Below, one piece after another: positions 27,174 to 35,903 of a stretch of 64,000 nt of DNA; the stretch's first letter is position 1; each line of letters starts with the position of its first letter. The notes beneath the pieces are model-generated. The model made no database searches. It saw only the letters and a list, made by a program, of their open reading frames with translations, and was not told the origin of the DNA. The position numbers and the translations under genes are program-made. The DNA is taken from sequence record PV340856.1, one strand, 5' to 3'.

Positions 27174-27632
27174 ATGACAAAGCAGGTTCAATTTAGAAAG
27201 GGAACTACAGCTGAACACTTTAACTTCACTGGAGCCCTTGCTGAAATTACTGTTGATACAGATAAAAATGTTGCTGTTGTTCATGATGGTGCAACCCCAG
27301 GAGGTTTTGAACTTTCAAAATCGAGATGGACTTACGTTGCTGGTGACACCGTAACTGGTACTAACCAAAAATATACGGTGGACTCAACATATAGTCCAAC
27401 AGGACTGAATGTTACTCTTCCAACCCCCCGTGCAGTGGGTGACTGGGTTTGGATTGAAGACTTTGGTAATTTTATGAGTATCAATCCAGTAAATATTATC
27501 TCGGATCAATTTTTTGAGAACGGACATCTCGTTAGAGAAAGCTCACCCTTTATTATGGATGTATCTGGAGCTTCCGTAACATTCATTTGGAATGGAAGCC
27601 TTTGGAAAGTGTTCAACAATAGAGGCAGCTAA
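27174..27632 (+). CDS. Small tail-fibre protein with Mtd_N-like N-terminal domain
   Basis: MTKQVQFRKGTTAEHFNFTGALAEITVDTDKNVAVVHDGATPGGFEL closely resembles the N-terminus of Bordetella phage major tropism determinant; C-terminal VTLPTPRAVGDWVWIED...GASVTFIWNGSLW fibre domain. Confidence 0.7.
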   Translation: MTKQVQFRKGTTAEHFNFTGALAEITVDTDKNVAVVHDGATPGGFELSKSRWTYVAGDTVTGTNQKYTVDSTYSPTGLNVTLPTPRAVGDWVWIEDFGNFMSINPVNIISDQFFENGHLVRESSPFIMDVSGASVTFIWNGSLWKVFNNRGS

Positions 27633-27634
27633 CT

Positions 27635-28039
27635 ATGGCATTAACCCTAAGTAATTCTATTTCTGGTCGTTTTGAACCATCAGAATCATCTGGTTTCTTC
27701 GTATATGCATTAAGAAGAGATGCAGAAAACATGCTGTACTTCTCCAAGGTTAGTGCTGCATCTACTGAACTAGGTGAGTTCTATCGTAACGACGGAACGG
27801 CAATTCCCGAGTTTGGTGACGGTATTGATTACGGTACATATGACGTTGGTGTTGGTAAAACATCAGTCATCCGTAATGATATTGCTACTGAGAAAAAATC
27901 TTTAGATGATCCGAATGATAAATATCAACAGATCCGCTTTGACAGAAGGAACCTCTATTATTACATAGATGATGATGGTTTTTTCGTCATCAGGTTCAAT
28001 GGACCAGATTATGATTACAACTCTATCGGACCCAAATAA
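27635..28039 (+). CDS. Hypothetical protein, tail module
   Basis: 134-aa ORF 2 bp after the upstream stop; DKYQQIRFDRRNLYYYIDDDGFFVIRFN motif. Confidence 0.65.
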   Translation: MALTLSNSISGRFEPSESSGFFVYALRRDAENMLYFSKVSAASTELGEFYRNDGTAIPEFGDGIDYGTYDVGVGKTSVIRNDIATEKKSLDDPNDKYQQIRFDRRNLYYYIDDDGFFVIRFNGPDYDYNSIGPK

Positions 28040-28058
28040 TAATTAAAAAGGAGAAACA

Positions 28059-31000
28059 ATGGCTGAGTTTAGACTTGGAAGAGTAAAATTCAACTGGACG
28101 GGCAACTGGGCACCTTCCAAATCCTACCTGATTGACGACATCGCCAAGTTTGGTGGCAATACTTATGTAGCGGTCGCTAACCACACTTCCACGGCAAGCA
28201 CTGCTAACTTCTATACCGACCTTGGAAATTGGAATCTACATATTGAGGGTCTGGAGCAAAGAGGCGAATGGACTACTGATACTTATTACAGAGTCAACGA
28301 TCTCGTCACTTATGCTAACGTAGTATATCGTGTTACTGAGGCACACACTTCTGTTGGTACATTTATCGATGAAACGAAGGTTGTTCAGTATGTCGCAGGA
28401 TTTAATGCGGAAGGAGATTGGAACTTAGAAGAAGATTACCAAAAAGGAGACGTTGTTAACTACAACGGATCGTCCTATGTTGCAATTACTACTTCCGTAG
28501 CAGGATTTGTTCCACCACAATTCATCGGTTTAGGAACAGGTAGCAAGTGGAATATTCTTGCTGATGGCCTTGCTGGTGCGGCAATCACATATACCGAGGG
28601 TACATACTATAGAGGCGATATGATCCTCTATGGTGGTAATACATATCGCCACAAGGTTGGTGTTACTACTAACGTTTCTCCAATTCAAGTTGGTTTGGGA
28701 AGTGTTGGTGATGCTGCTAGAGATGGCTCATCAACTTGGGATCTTTTGGTCAAAGGATTCAGTTTCGTTGGTAATTTCTCTACAACATTCGCATATCACC
28801 CAGGTCATGTTGTTAGATATGGATCTAACTCCTATGTCTCGGTTGGCAATTCCTTCGTAAATATTGACCCAGTTGTTGGTGTAGGCACCTATTGGGAGAC
28901 ACTGGCTGCTGGTGACTCCGCTGCTGCTCTGAACACTAAGGGTGATCTTCTTACCTATAACGGTGGTCCGGCTAGAATCGGTATTGGTTCTACTGGTTAT
29001 GCTCTTGCAGTTCAGTCTAATGGACTACCTGGATACGAAATTGTAGGTAACCAGACTAGAATTTACTATGTTGACTCCGAGGATGGAATTGATACAAACA
29101 ACGGTCTTGCACCTAACCTAGCATTTAGAACAATTAAACAGGCTTGTCGTTCTGCACGTCCTGATAACGCTATTACTGATTTCGATTATACAGCTGCCAC
29201 TGGTGTTGCGACAATCACATCTCCTGGTCACGGATTGGCTAACACTGGTACGTTTATCCAGTTGGCTGAGATTGAGTTTGAGTGTCTGTCTGGTGGTAAT
29301 GTCTTCAACATCCTGGGCATGACCTACAACAAGTCTGTTGGTCTTGCAACTATCACGGCTATTGGTCTTGGTGCTGCTCCAGAAATCGGAATCGGTGCTA
29401 CTGTAAGACTAAGAAACCTTGGTGTTTCGTTCACTGGTAACGCAAACTTCGATCACCAGTTCTCCAGTGCATTGGATGATGCAGTTATCACTGGTGGTGA
29501 TTATATCCACAACTTCGTTGCTGCTACTGCAGGTGCAGTCAACGTTGTGACTGGATCCCTTGCAGGTTCTCAGTTAACTCCAACAAACGCTGTTTACTCC
29601 GCAACTAGTGGTGAATTGGAGATCACAGTTGGTTCTCACGGCCTGTCTATTAGTGACACCATCAGCTTCGATGCCAATTCCATGACATTCACTTGTCAGA
29701 TGGACGGTGGTACTGCTAATAAAACATATCCAAGAACAACTGACCCCGCATACGGCGTTAATCTTCCAATTAGTGCAATTACTGCGAATACCTTCACAGT
29801 TAACGTTGGACCTTCTCCAATTGTAAACTTCAACGTTAGTGATGCAACATATAACCAGAACACTGGTGACATCACAATGACCATCGGTGTTCACCAACTT
29901 GATGTTGGCACATCGATCAAACTTCTCACTGAAGGTCTGATCTTTAAGTGTTCCATGGATGGTTATCTAACCGACCACGCATATCCAAGAGCAACTGCTG
30001 GTGATGGTTCTCCTGACCCTGCATACAACACTGCTCTGTCAATTACTGCTGCAACAACTACCACCATCACAGTTAATGTTGGTACTGCAAGTTCTTCTCA
30101 GACAATTAACGGTAAGTTCCCTGCAGTTCACACTCAGGCATCTACCTTCCAGTTCCCAGTACAGGCTGTTCCTGATGCGAACTCTATCGTAGTTAACGTT
30201 GGTGCTTCTCAGACTGATTACCTCTACGTTTCTGGTGGTACTGCATTCGTTGGTGTTACTACAACTGTTTATCCTGATAAGGTTTCCAAGTCTTACTTTG
30301 AGGTTCTTCAGGTTATTGACTCTGACACCATCAGAACTAACGTTGGTATTTCTACTATCAACCACACATATGTAAGAGGTGGTCATCTAACTGACTTGAC
30401 TCCTGCTATTCTGAAACTATCTGCTTCTCAGTTCTATGAGCAACTGCCAATCAAGGTTCCTCCTTTCACCTCGATTGTTGGTAACTCTCTAAGAGGTACT
30501 CAAGTTCTACCTGCTTCTGGTATTTCTGACGACAGTGTTACTCCTAACAACAGATCTCAGATGTTCCAAATGTCTGATGCAACTACGCTTCAGGCGCTTT
30601 CCATGAAAGGAATGGAAGGATTCTATTATGATCCACAAGCACCCTATGTACTCGATAATGCCAACCTAAGAACTGGTATTGGTACTACCGCTTGTGGTGT
30701 TGTTTGTGCTCTAAACCCAGATTCTCCAATCAATAACAAGTCTCCTTACGTCAAGGATTGTACCGTATTCTCGGACAATGCTTATGACTATGGTCGCTTC
30801 GGTGGTGGTGCAGTCGGCGTCTTCTGTGACGGTGGCGTCCATGACGAAGGTGCAAAATCGATGGTCTTTGACTCCTTCACCCAGGTATCTTCTGATGGTG
30901 CTGGATTCATCCTCGACAAGAGTGCAATTGCTGAGATTGTCTCCTGTTTCACCTACTACTGTCAGTGGGGTTACTACTCTGGTGGTGGATCTAGAATCCG

Positions 31001-32492
31001 TTCTGTTGGTGGTAACAACTCCTATGGTGACTATGGTGTTATTGCATCTGGTTTCTCCACTGAGGAGACCCCAAGAACCGCAAGAGTCTTTGGTTCCCTG
31101 ATGGCCGTTAATGGCGCTACTAAGGCAGGTACACTGGCAATCGGTGCTACCATGTTCGGTGCAACATCTGGTGCTCGTGGATGGTTCCTGAATGACCAAA
31201 CTGCTGCAGATAAGATCTACTTCAAGTATCATCCTGGTTACGGTTCGGTTGGTCTTGGAACCACTGGATTCGTAGATGGTGAAGTTGTCTGGTTCGGTGA
31301 TGGTGGTGAAAATGGTGCTGGTATTGGTTCCATCACGATGTCTGGTGTTACATCTTCTATCAGTGGACAAAAGGGTACAATCCTTGAAGTTGATAATATC
31401 TCTTCAACTCTATTGGTTGGTGACGCACTTGGATTCTCCACAACTTCTTACGGTGATGATGATCTCTTCTATATCATCAATACCATTACAAATGTCTCTG
31501 CCGCGACTACTTACACATATTACACGACGACTGGCATCGCAACCATAACATATCCAGAACGTGCTACATTGACCATTTCCCCAGAGAAATCTAATGGAAC
31601 ATGGGATACCAGAGAAGTTACTGGTGCAGGTTCTACTGTTAGTATTAGAACTCTCTTCTCACAGTGTCGCCTAACAGGTCATGACTTCCTGAGTGTTGGT
31701 ACTGGCAGTAAGGCAGAAACCAACTATCCTGATGTTGATCAAACTAGAATTATTCAGGGTAATGAGACTAATTACTTCGGTCCTGGTAAAGTCTTCTTTG
31801 TCTCTACTGACCAAGGTGGTAACTTCAGAGTTGGTCAATTCTTCTCCGTTGACCAGTTGACTGGTCGCGCCACCCTGGACGCCTCCGCGTTCAACCTGTC
31901 TGGTCTGACTGAACTGAGACTGGGTGCAATTGGTGGTCAGGTCGGTGAGGCAATTAACGAATTCTCCTCTGACGAATTCATGTCTGGTCTGTCCAATAAT
32001 GCATGTCCTACTGAGGCTGCAGTTGCTGGATTCCTCCGCCACGGTTCGATGGGAACCAAGGCCATGACTCCTCCAGTTGGTACTACCGCTCAAAGACCTG
32101 GAGGCGTTGATGAAGAGTTCAACACTGGTGCTCTAAGATTTAACACCGATCTCGGTGCTCTTGAGTACTACAACGGAACCAGTTGGATACAACCTGGAAT
32201 TCAATCTTATTCTACCGTGACTACTTCTGGATCAGTTGTATCTGGCACCACTTACTTTGTCAATACCAATGGCGGTCAAGTCACTCTAGATCTTCCCGCA
32301 TCTCCTAATCTTGGAGATACCATTAGATTCTATGACGTTGCGAAGACATTCGATTCTAACAACTTAATTGTTGGACGTAATGGAAAACTGATTCAGGGTG
32401 ACTCTGCTGATATGACTGTTGCTCTTGAGGGTGCGTCATTTGAACTCACCTTCTCTGGTGACTCCTATGGTTGGAGACTGTTCTCCGTCTGA
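28059..32492 (+). CDS. Long tail fibre / tailspike-like protein (1477 aa)
   Basis: AGGAG RBS; five N-terminal W...Y..[GN]D.V.Y.G..Y repeats (CBM5/12-like), FTC/YPR repeats, pectin-lyase-like beta-helix region, C-terminal TLDLPASPNLGDTIRFYD...GRNGKLIQG domain. Confidence 0.8.
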   Translation: MAEFRLGRVKFNWTGNWAPSKSYLIDDIAKFGGNTYVAVANHTSTASTANFYTDLGNWNLHIEGLEQRGEWTTDTYYRVNDLVTYANVVYRVTEAHTSVGTFIDETKVVQYVAGFNAEGDWNLEEDYQKGDVVNYNGSSYVAITTSVAGFVPPQFIGLGTGSKWNILADGLAGAAITYTEGTYYRGDMILYGGNTYRHKVGVTTNVSPIQVGLGSVGDAARDGSSTWDLLVKGFSFVGNFSTTFAYHPGHVVRYGSNSYVSVGNSFVNIDPVVGVGTYWETLAAGDSAAALNTKGDLLTYNGGPARIGIGSTGYALAVQSNGLPGYEIVGNQTRIYYVDSEDGIDTNNGLAPNLAFRTIKQACRSARPDNAITDFDYTAATGVATITSPGHGLANTGTFIQLAEIEFECLSGGNVFNILGMTYNKSVGLATITAIGLGAAPEIGIGATVRLRNLGVSFTGNANFDHQFSSALDDAVITGGDYIHNFVAATAGAVNVVTGSLAGSQLTPTNAVYSATSGELEITVGSHGLSISDTISFDANSMTFTCQMDGGTANKTYPRTTDPAYGVNLPISAITANTFTVNVGPSPIVNFNVSDATYNQNTGDITMTIGVHQLDVGTSIKLLTEGLIFKCSMDGYLTDHAYPRATAGDGSPDPAYNTALSITAATTTTITVNVGTASSSQTINGKFPAVHTQASTFQFPVQAVPDANSIVVNVGASQTDYLYVSGGTAFVGVTTTVYPDKVSKSYFEVLQVIDSDTIRTNVGISTINHTYVRGGHLTDLTPAILKLSASQFYEQLPIKVPPFTSIVGNSLRGTQVLPASGISDDSVTPNNRSQMFQMSDATTLQALSMKGMEGFYYDPQAPYVLDNANLRTGIGTTACGVVCALNPDSPINNKSPYVKDCTVFSDNAYDYGRFGGGAVGVFCDGGVHDEGAKSMVFDSFTQVSSDGAGFILDKSAIAEIVSCFTYYCQWGYYSGGGSRIRSVGGNNSYGDYGVIASGFSTEETPRTARVFGSLMAVNGATKAGTLAIGATMFGATSGARGWFLNDQTAADKIYFKYHPGYGSVGLGTTGFVDGEVVWFGDGGENGAGIGSITMSGVTSSISGQKGTILEVDNISSTLLVGDALGFSTTSYGDDDLFYIINTITNVSAATTYTYYTTTGIATITYPERATLTISPEKSNGTWDTREVTGAGSTVSIRTLFSQCRLTGHDFLSVGTGSKAETNYPDVDQTRIIQGNETNYFGPGKVFFVSTDQGGNFRVGQFFSVDQLTGRATLDASAFNLSGLTELRLGAIGGQVGEAINEFSSDEFMSGLSNNACPTEAAVAGFLRHGSMGTKAMTPPVGTTAQRPGGVDEEFNTGALRFNTDLGALEYYNGTSWIQPGIQSYSTVTTSGSVVSGTTYFVNTNGGQVTLDLPASPNLGDTIRFYDVAKTFDSNNLIVGRNGKLIQGDSADMTVALEGASFELTFSGDSYGWRLFSV

Positions 32493-32532
32493 TACGTGAC
32501 TATCTTTATTATGATTTTTCTTTATCCTTCGT

Positions 32533-32539
32533 CTAAATA
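32533..32539 (+). promoter_or_regulatory. Probable late promoter CTAAATA
   Basis: About 20 bp upstream of the first Cys-rich gene. Confidence 0.55.
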
Positions 32540-32559
32540 AAACTAATCTAGGATCGTAA

Positions 32560-33342
32560 ATGGCCAACTATAGATCATATAAAAAAGTCACAGCGTCCCA
32601 GGTTCCTGATGGGTCTATCACCATTGAAAAACTCGCAAATGGTGTTGGACCCTCTTGGTGCGTAAAAACTTTCTATGGTGATCCAGGAGCTTGTACTCCT
32701 GGTTGTTGCTGTAACTGGACAGTACCAGCGGGAGTTGCTAAACTAACTTGGGAACTATGGGGTGCTGGAGGAAACGGACACGGAGCCTGTTCTTGTAGAA
32801 GATGCCATCACTATAGAGGTGCTGGTGGAGGTTCCTTCACAACCAAAACAATCAGTACTACTCCAGGATGTTCATATACAGTATGTGCTGCTGGAGTTTA
32901 CAGATGTTGTTCACGAGAATGTACAGGATGTTACGGATGTGCATCGTATGTTAATGGATATAACTTGAGTAACTTCTGTGCAGTTGGTGGTGGTAGAGGA
33001 GAGGCTAATACAGATTGGTCCAACCTCTGTCATTCAACAATTGCTTGTTGCGTTCAACCTGGAAGTTATAATAGTGACTTTGGAATGAATGCACATTGGC
33101 CTGGATTCAGTGGTCACTGGAGCTGCCATTGTGGACTATCTGTAACTCAAACTTGTTCTAGTGGTGCTCCATTTATTGGAGTTGGTAATAAAACGTATTC
33201 TTCACACTGCTGGATTCGTTGTGGTTGCTGGACTTCTCCATACGGTGCAGGTGGCCAGGGTGCAATGACTTCATATTGTGAGAGATGCTGCGGACAAGGT
33301 GGTACAGGTGGATCTGGACTTGTAAGACTCACATACATGTAA
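32560..33342 (+). CDS. Cys/Gly-rich tail-associated protein, paralogue 1 (putative adhesin)
   Basis: 260 aa, 28 Cys by hand count; WTVPAGV..LTWELWGAGGNG...GAGGG...GQGGTGGSGLVRLTY glycine-rich fibre-tip pattern. Confidence 0.75.
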   Translation: MANYRSYKKVTASQVPDGSITIEKLANGVGPSWCVKTFYGDPGACTPGCCCNWTVPAGVAKLTWELWGAGGNGHGACSCRRCHHYRGAGGGSFTTKTISTTPGCSYTVCAAGVYRCCSRECTGCYGCASYVNGYNLSNFCAVGGGRGEANTDWSNLCHSTIACCVQPGSYNSDFGMNAHWPGFSGHWSCHCGLSVTQTCSSGAPFIGVGNKTYSSHCWIRCGCWTSPYGAGGQGAMTSYCERCCGQGGTGGSGLVRLTYM

Positions 33343-33354
33343 TAGAGGGAATCA

Positions 33355-34149
33355 ATGGCTAGCTATTTAAGTTACAAAAAAATTCAAGGCGATCAGTTAG
33401 AGGATAATATCCTCGACGCTGCTAAGTTCTCCACATCCCCGACTTCCACATTTGGAGTGAAGTGGATCTACGGGACAATGTGTCGTTGTTCTCCTGGTTG
33501 TTGTTGTCTTTGGACTGTACCTACTGGAGTTAAGAAACTCTGGATTCAGGCTTGGGGATCTGGTGGTAATGGTGCAGGTGCATGTTCTTGTAATAGATGC
33601 CAACACTATAGAGGTGCAGGCGGTGGATTTTATAATAGTGTCATGATTGATACTGTTGCAGGATGTCAGTATCGTGTCTGTGCAGGTGGTGTATATCCAT
33701 GTCTCTCTATAGAATGTTGTGGATGTATTGGTTGTGCATCATATGTTAATGGATATAACTTGAGCAACTTCTGTGCATATGGTGGTTCATGTGGTCACGC
33801 TAATAGTAGTTGGTCAACCTCATGTAACGCAACTTGGCATTGCTGTGTAGCACCAACATCTAATGGTGGTCAGTTTGGTATGGGTAATCTGCGTGACAGT
33901 TGGACCAATGGTGGATATTCCACTAACCGTGGCTGGTGTCACTGCTATGTTCAGATGACTAACCCAACTGCCGCTCCATTTATTGGAACAGAAGTTATTC
34001 AATCTATTCGTGAGTGCTGGATTCGTTGTGGTTGCTGGATCGTTCCTTATGGTAATGGTGGACAAAATGCAATGACTACCTATTGCGGACGTTGCTGTGG
34101 TCAAGGTGGTACTGGCGGTGGCGGTCTCGTCAAAATTACGTACTTCTGA
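33355..34149 (+). CDS. Cys/Gly-rich tail-associated protein, paralogue 2
   Basis: 264 aa, 28 Cys by hand count; same scaffold (WTVPTGVKKLWIQAWGSGGNG...GQGGTGGGGLVKITYF). Confidence 0.75.
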   Translation: MASYLSYKKIQGDQLEDNILDAAKFSTSPTSTFGVKWIYGTMCRCSPGCCCLWTVPTGVKKLWIQAWGSGGNGAGACSCNRCQHYRGAGGGFYNSVMIDTVAGCQYRVCAGGVYPCLSIECCGCIGCASYVNGYNLSNFCAYGGSCGHANSSWSTSCNATWHCCVAPTSNGGQFGMGNLRDSWTNGGYSTNRGWCHCYVQMTNPTAAPFIGTEVIQSIRECWIRCGCWIVPYGNGGQNAMTTYCGRCCGQGGTGGGGLVKITYF

Positions 34150-34166
34150 TAAATAACTATTAAATA
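34148..34166 (+). promoter_or_regulatory. Tandem late-promoter-like motifs (GATAAATA, TTAAATA) before paralogue 3
   Basis: Two TAAATA boxes in the 26-bp gap. Confidence 0.45.
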
Positions 34167-34175
34167 GGACTCCTA

Positions 34176-34973
34176 ATGGCTAATTACGCTTCTTATAAAC
34201 AGATTAGTAACTCCCAAATCGTTGATGGGTCTATTACAAACACCCAGTTAGTACAGGGCGCTTTCTCGAACTGGAACGTCAAATGGATCTATGGTGATGC
34301 ACAGGCAATGACATCTGGTTGTTGCTGTAATTGGACAGTACCTACTGGAGTCCAAAGGGTTTATTGGGAGCTCTGGGGTGCTGGAGGAAACGGACACGGA
34401 ACGTGTTCTTGTAATAGATGTTATAACTGGCATGGTGCTGGTGGAGGATACTATAACTCAAAATCAATGGGTGTCAGTGCTGGAGACAGTTACACTGTTT
34501 GTGCAGCTGGTGTTTATCGTTGTTGTTCCAGATCTTGTGTTGGATGTAGAGGATGTAGTTCCTATGTAAACGGAACTGGACTATCTAACTTCTGTGCTTC
34601 TGGTGGGACAAGAGGTTGTGCAACTAACTCTTGGAGTACTACTTGTTTCTCTGCATTCCAAGATTGCTGCGTTCAACCAGGAGCATGGGGTGGAGACTTT
34701 GCAATGGGTAACCACGCTGGTGGTACTAGAAAAGGATATGGTGGTGGTGGTTGGAACTGTCACTGTTACTATAACGAAAGTAGACCCACTGGTGCTCCAT
34801 TCATGGGTACTATGGGTGTCAACTCTGCTGTTAGACACTGTTGGGTTCGTTGTGGTTGCTGGAGAGTTCCTTATGCACACGGTGGTCAGGGCGCAGTTAC
34901 ATCTTACTGTGAAAGATGTTGCGGACAAGGTGGAACAGGTGGTAGTGGTGTTGTTAAAATCAGTTACATGTGA
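34176..34973 (+). CDS. Cys/Gly-rich tail-associated protein, paralogue 3
   Basis: 265 aa, 25 Cys by hand count; same scaffold (WTVPTGVQRVYWELWGAGGNG...GQGGTGGSGVVKISYM). Confidence 0.75.
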   Translation: MANYASYKQISNSQIVDGSITNTQLVQGAFSNWNVKWIYGDAQAMTSGCCCNWTVPTGVQRVYWELWGAGGNGHGTCSCNRCYNWHGAGGGYYNSKSMGVSAGDSYTVCAAGVYRCCSRSCVGCRGCSSYVNGTGLSNFCASGGTRGCATNSWSTTCFSAFQDCCVQPGAWGGDFAMGNHAGGTRKGYGGGGWNCHCYYNESRPTGAPFMGTMGVNSAVRHCWVRCGCWRVPYAHGGQGAVTSYCERCCGQGGTGGSGVVKISYM

Positions 34974-34994
34974 TCCATCATTAGTATTATTCAG

Positions 34995-35016
34995 ACCCCG
35001 AAAGGGGTTTTTTTTA
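34995..35016 (+). terminator. Rho-independent terminator with GAAA tetraloop
   Basis: ACCCC-GAAA-GGGGT followed by a T run. Confidence 0.8.
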
Positions 35017-35024
35017 TGTTTTTT

Positions 35025-35032
35025 TATAAATA
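35025..35032 (+). promoter_or_regulatory. T4-type late promoter TATAAATA
   Basis: Exact consensus immediately after the terminator and upstream of the chaperone gene. Confidence 0.75.
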
Positions 35033-35069
35033 ATCGAGAAGGACGTTAACCTGAAAAAATTTAACCACC

Positions 35070-35846
35070 ATGGCAACAGAAATTATTTCTCACGCTTGGA
35101 ACATGCCAGTTCCAAATGACTTCCTAAGAGATCACTCTTTTAGTGAAGGTAGAACAAGAGCCGTCAGTTATGACGGACCAGATAAGATTTGGCTTCAACT
35201 CGGTGCAGATGGTACTGAACTGTATGGTCCACTGACTGAAGATGATATGGCTGATGGGCGCCCAGTCCCAGCTGATGTTACTCAGATGTTTGAAGTAAAC
35301 TGTACTGAGTATCCTCTCATCTGTCAGTTAAGAGCACCAGTTATCAACGAAAGACAAGAAGATAGAAGTGTAGATGATGAAATTCGTCATCCAGATTGTC
35401 CTGATATGACTGCCCAAGGTTACAGGACCTTTACTTACAATGAAACTCTTTTTGTGGAAGACATCTATGACGCTTCAACTGTCAGAGTTGTTGATGGAGT
35501 TCCAACAGTTCATGCCTTTACCGTTAATGAAAAACTGATTGGTAGAGCAGATGATTTAACTTGGGATGATATCAGAGCTCATAGAAACTCTCTTCTAGAT
35601 GGTAGTGATCAATCTATTGCAGAGGACATGCCTGAAGATATGAAGAATACTTGGAAAGCATATCGCCAAAAGTTGAGAGATCTCCCTGCAGAGCTTGAGG
35701 CTGCTGGAGTTAGTCCAAATATTGCATACTATATGTTCCCACAACAGCCATTCTTTACTACTCCACCTTCTGATCCAGAACCACCTGCAGATGCATCTGC
35801 AGATTGGGCTCCACCAGAAAGTGGTGTTATGAATGGGGTTTCCTGA
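35070..35846 (+). CDS. Tail fibre assembly chaperone-like protein
   Basis: C-terminal WDDIRAHRNSLLDGSD...WKAYRQKLRDLP matches the phage tail assembly chaperone motif; follows fibre genes. Confidence 0.75.
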   Translation: MATEIISHAWNMPVPNDFLRDHSFSEGRTRAVSYDGPDKIWLQLGADGTELYGPLTEDDMADGRPVPADVTQMFEVNCTEYPLICQLRAPVINERQEDRSVDDEIRHPDCPDMTAQGYRTFTYNETLFVEDIYDASTVRVVDGVPTVHAFTVNEKLIGRADDLTWDDIRAHRNSLLDGSDQSIAEDMPEDMKNTWKAYRQKLRDLPAELEAAGVSPNIAYYMFPQQPFFTTPPSDPEPPADASADWAPPESGVMNGVS

Positions 35847-35866
35847 ATCTGATATATAATATGATT

Positions 35867-35890
35867 AGGGGGATTATATCCCCCTTTTTT
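35867..35890 (+). terminator. Rho-independent terminator-like hairpin
   Basis: AGGGGGAT-TAT-ATCCCCCT followed by TTTTT. Confidence 0.7.
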
Positions 35891-35903
35891 AATGGGAGGA
35901 ATT

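Noticed and set aside
27174-27632. Diversity-generating retroelement suggested by the Mtd-like N-terminus
   Set aside because: No reverse transcriptase, Avd-like gene or template/variable repeat pair differing at adenines was seen, and the C-type-lectin variable domain is absent. A DGR elsewhere in the genome cannot be excluded.
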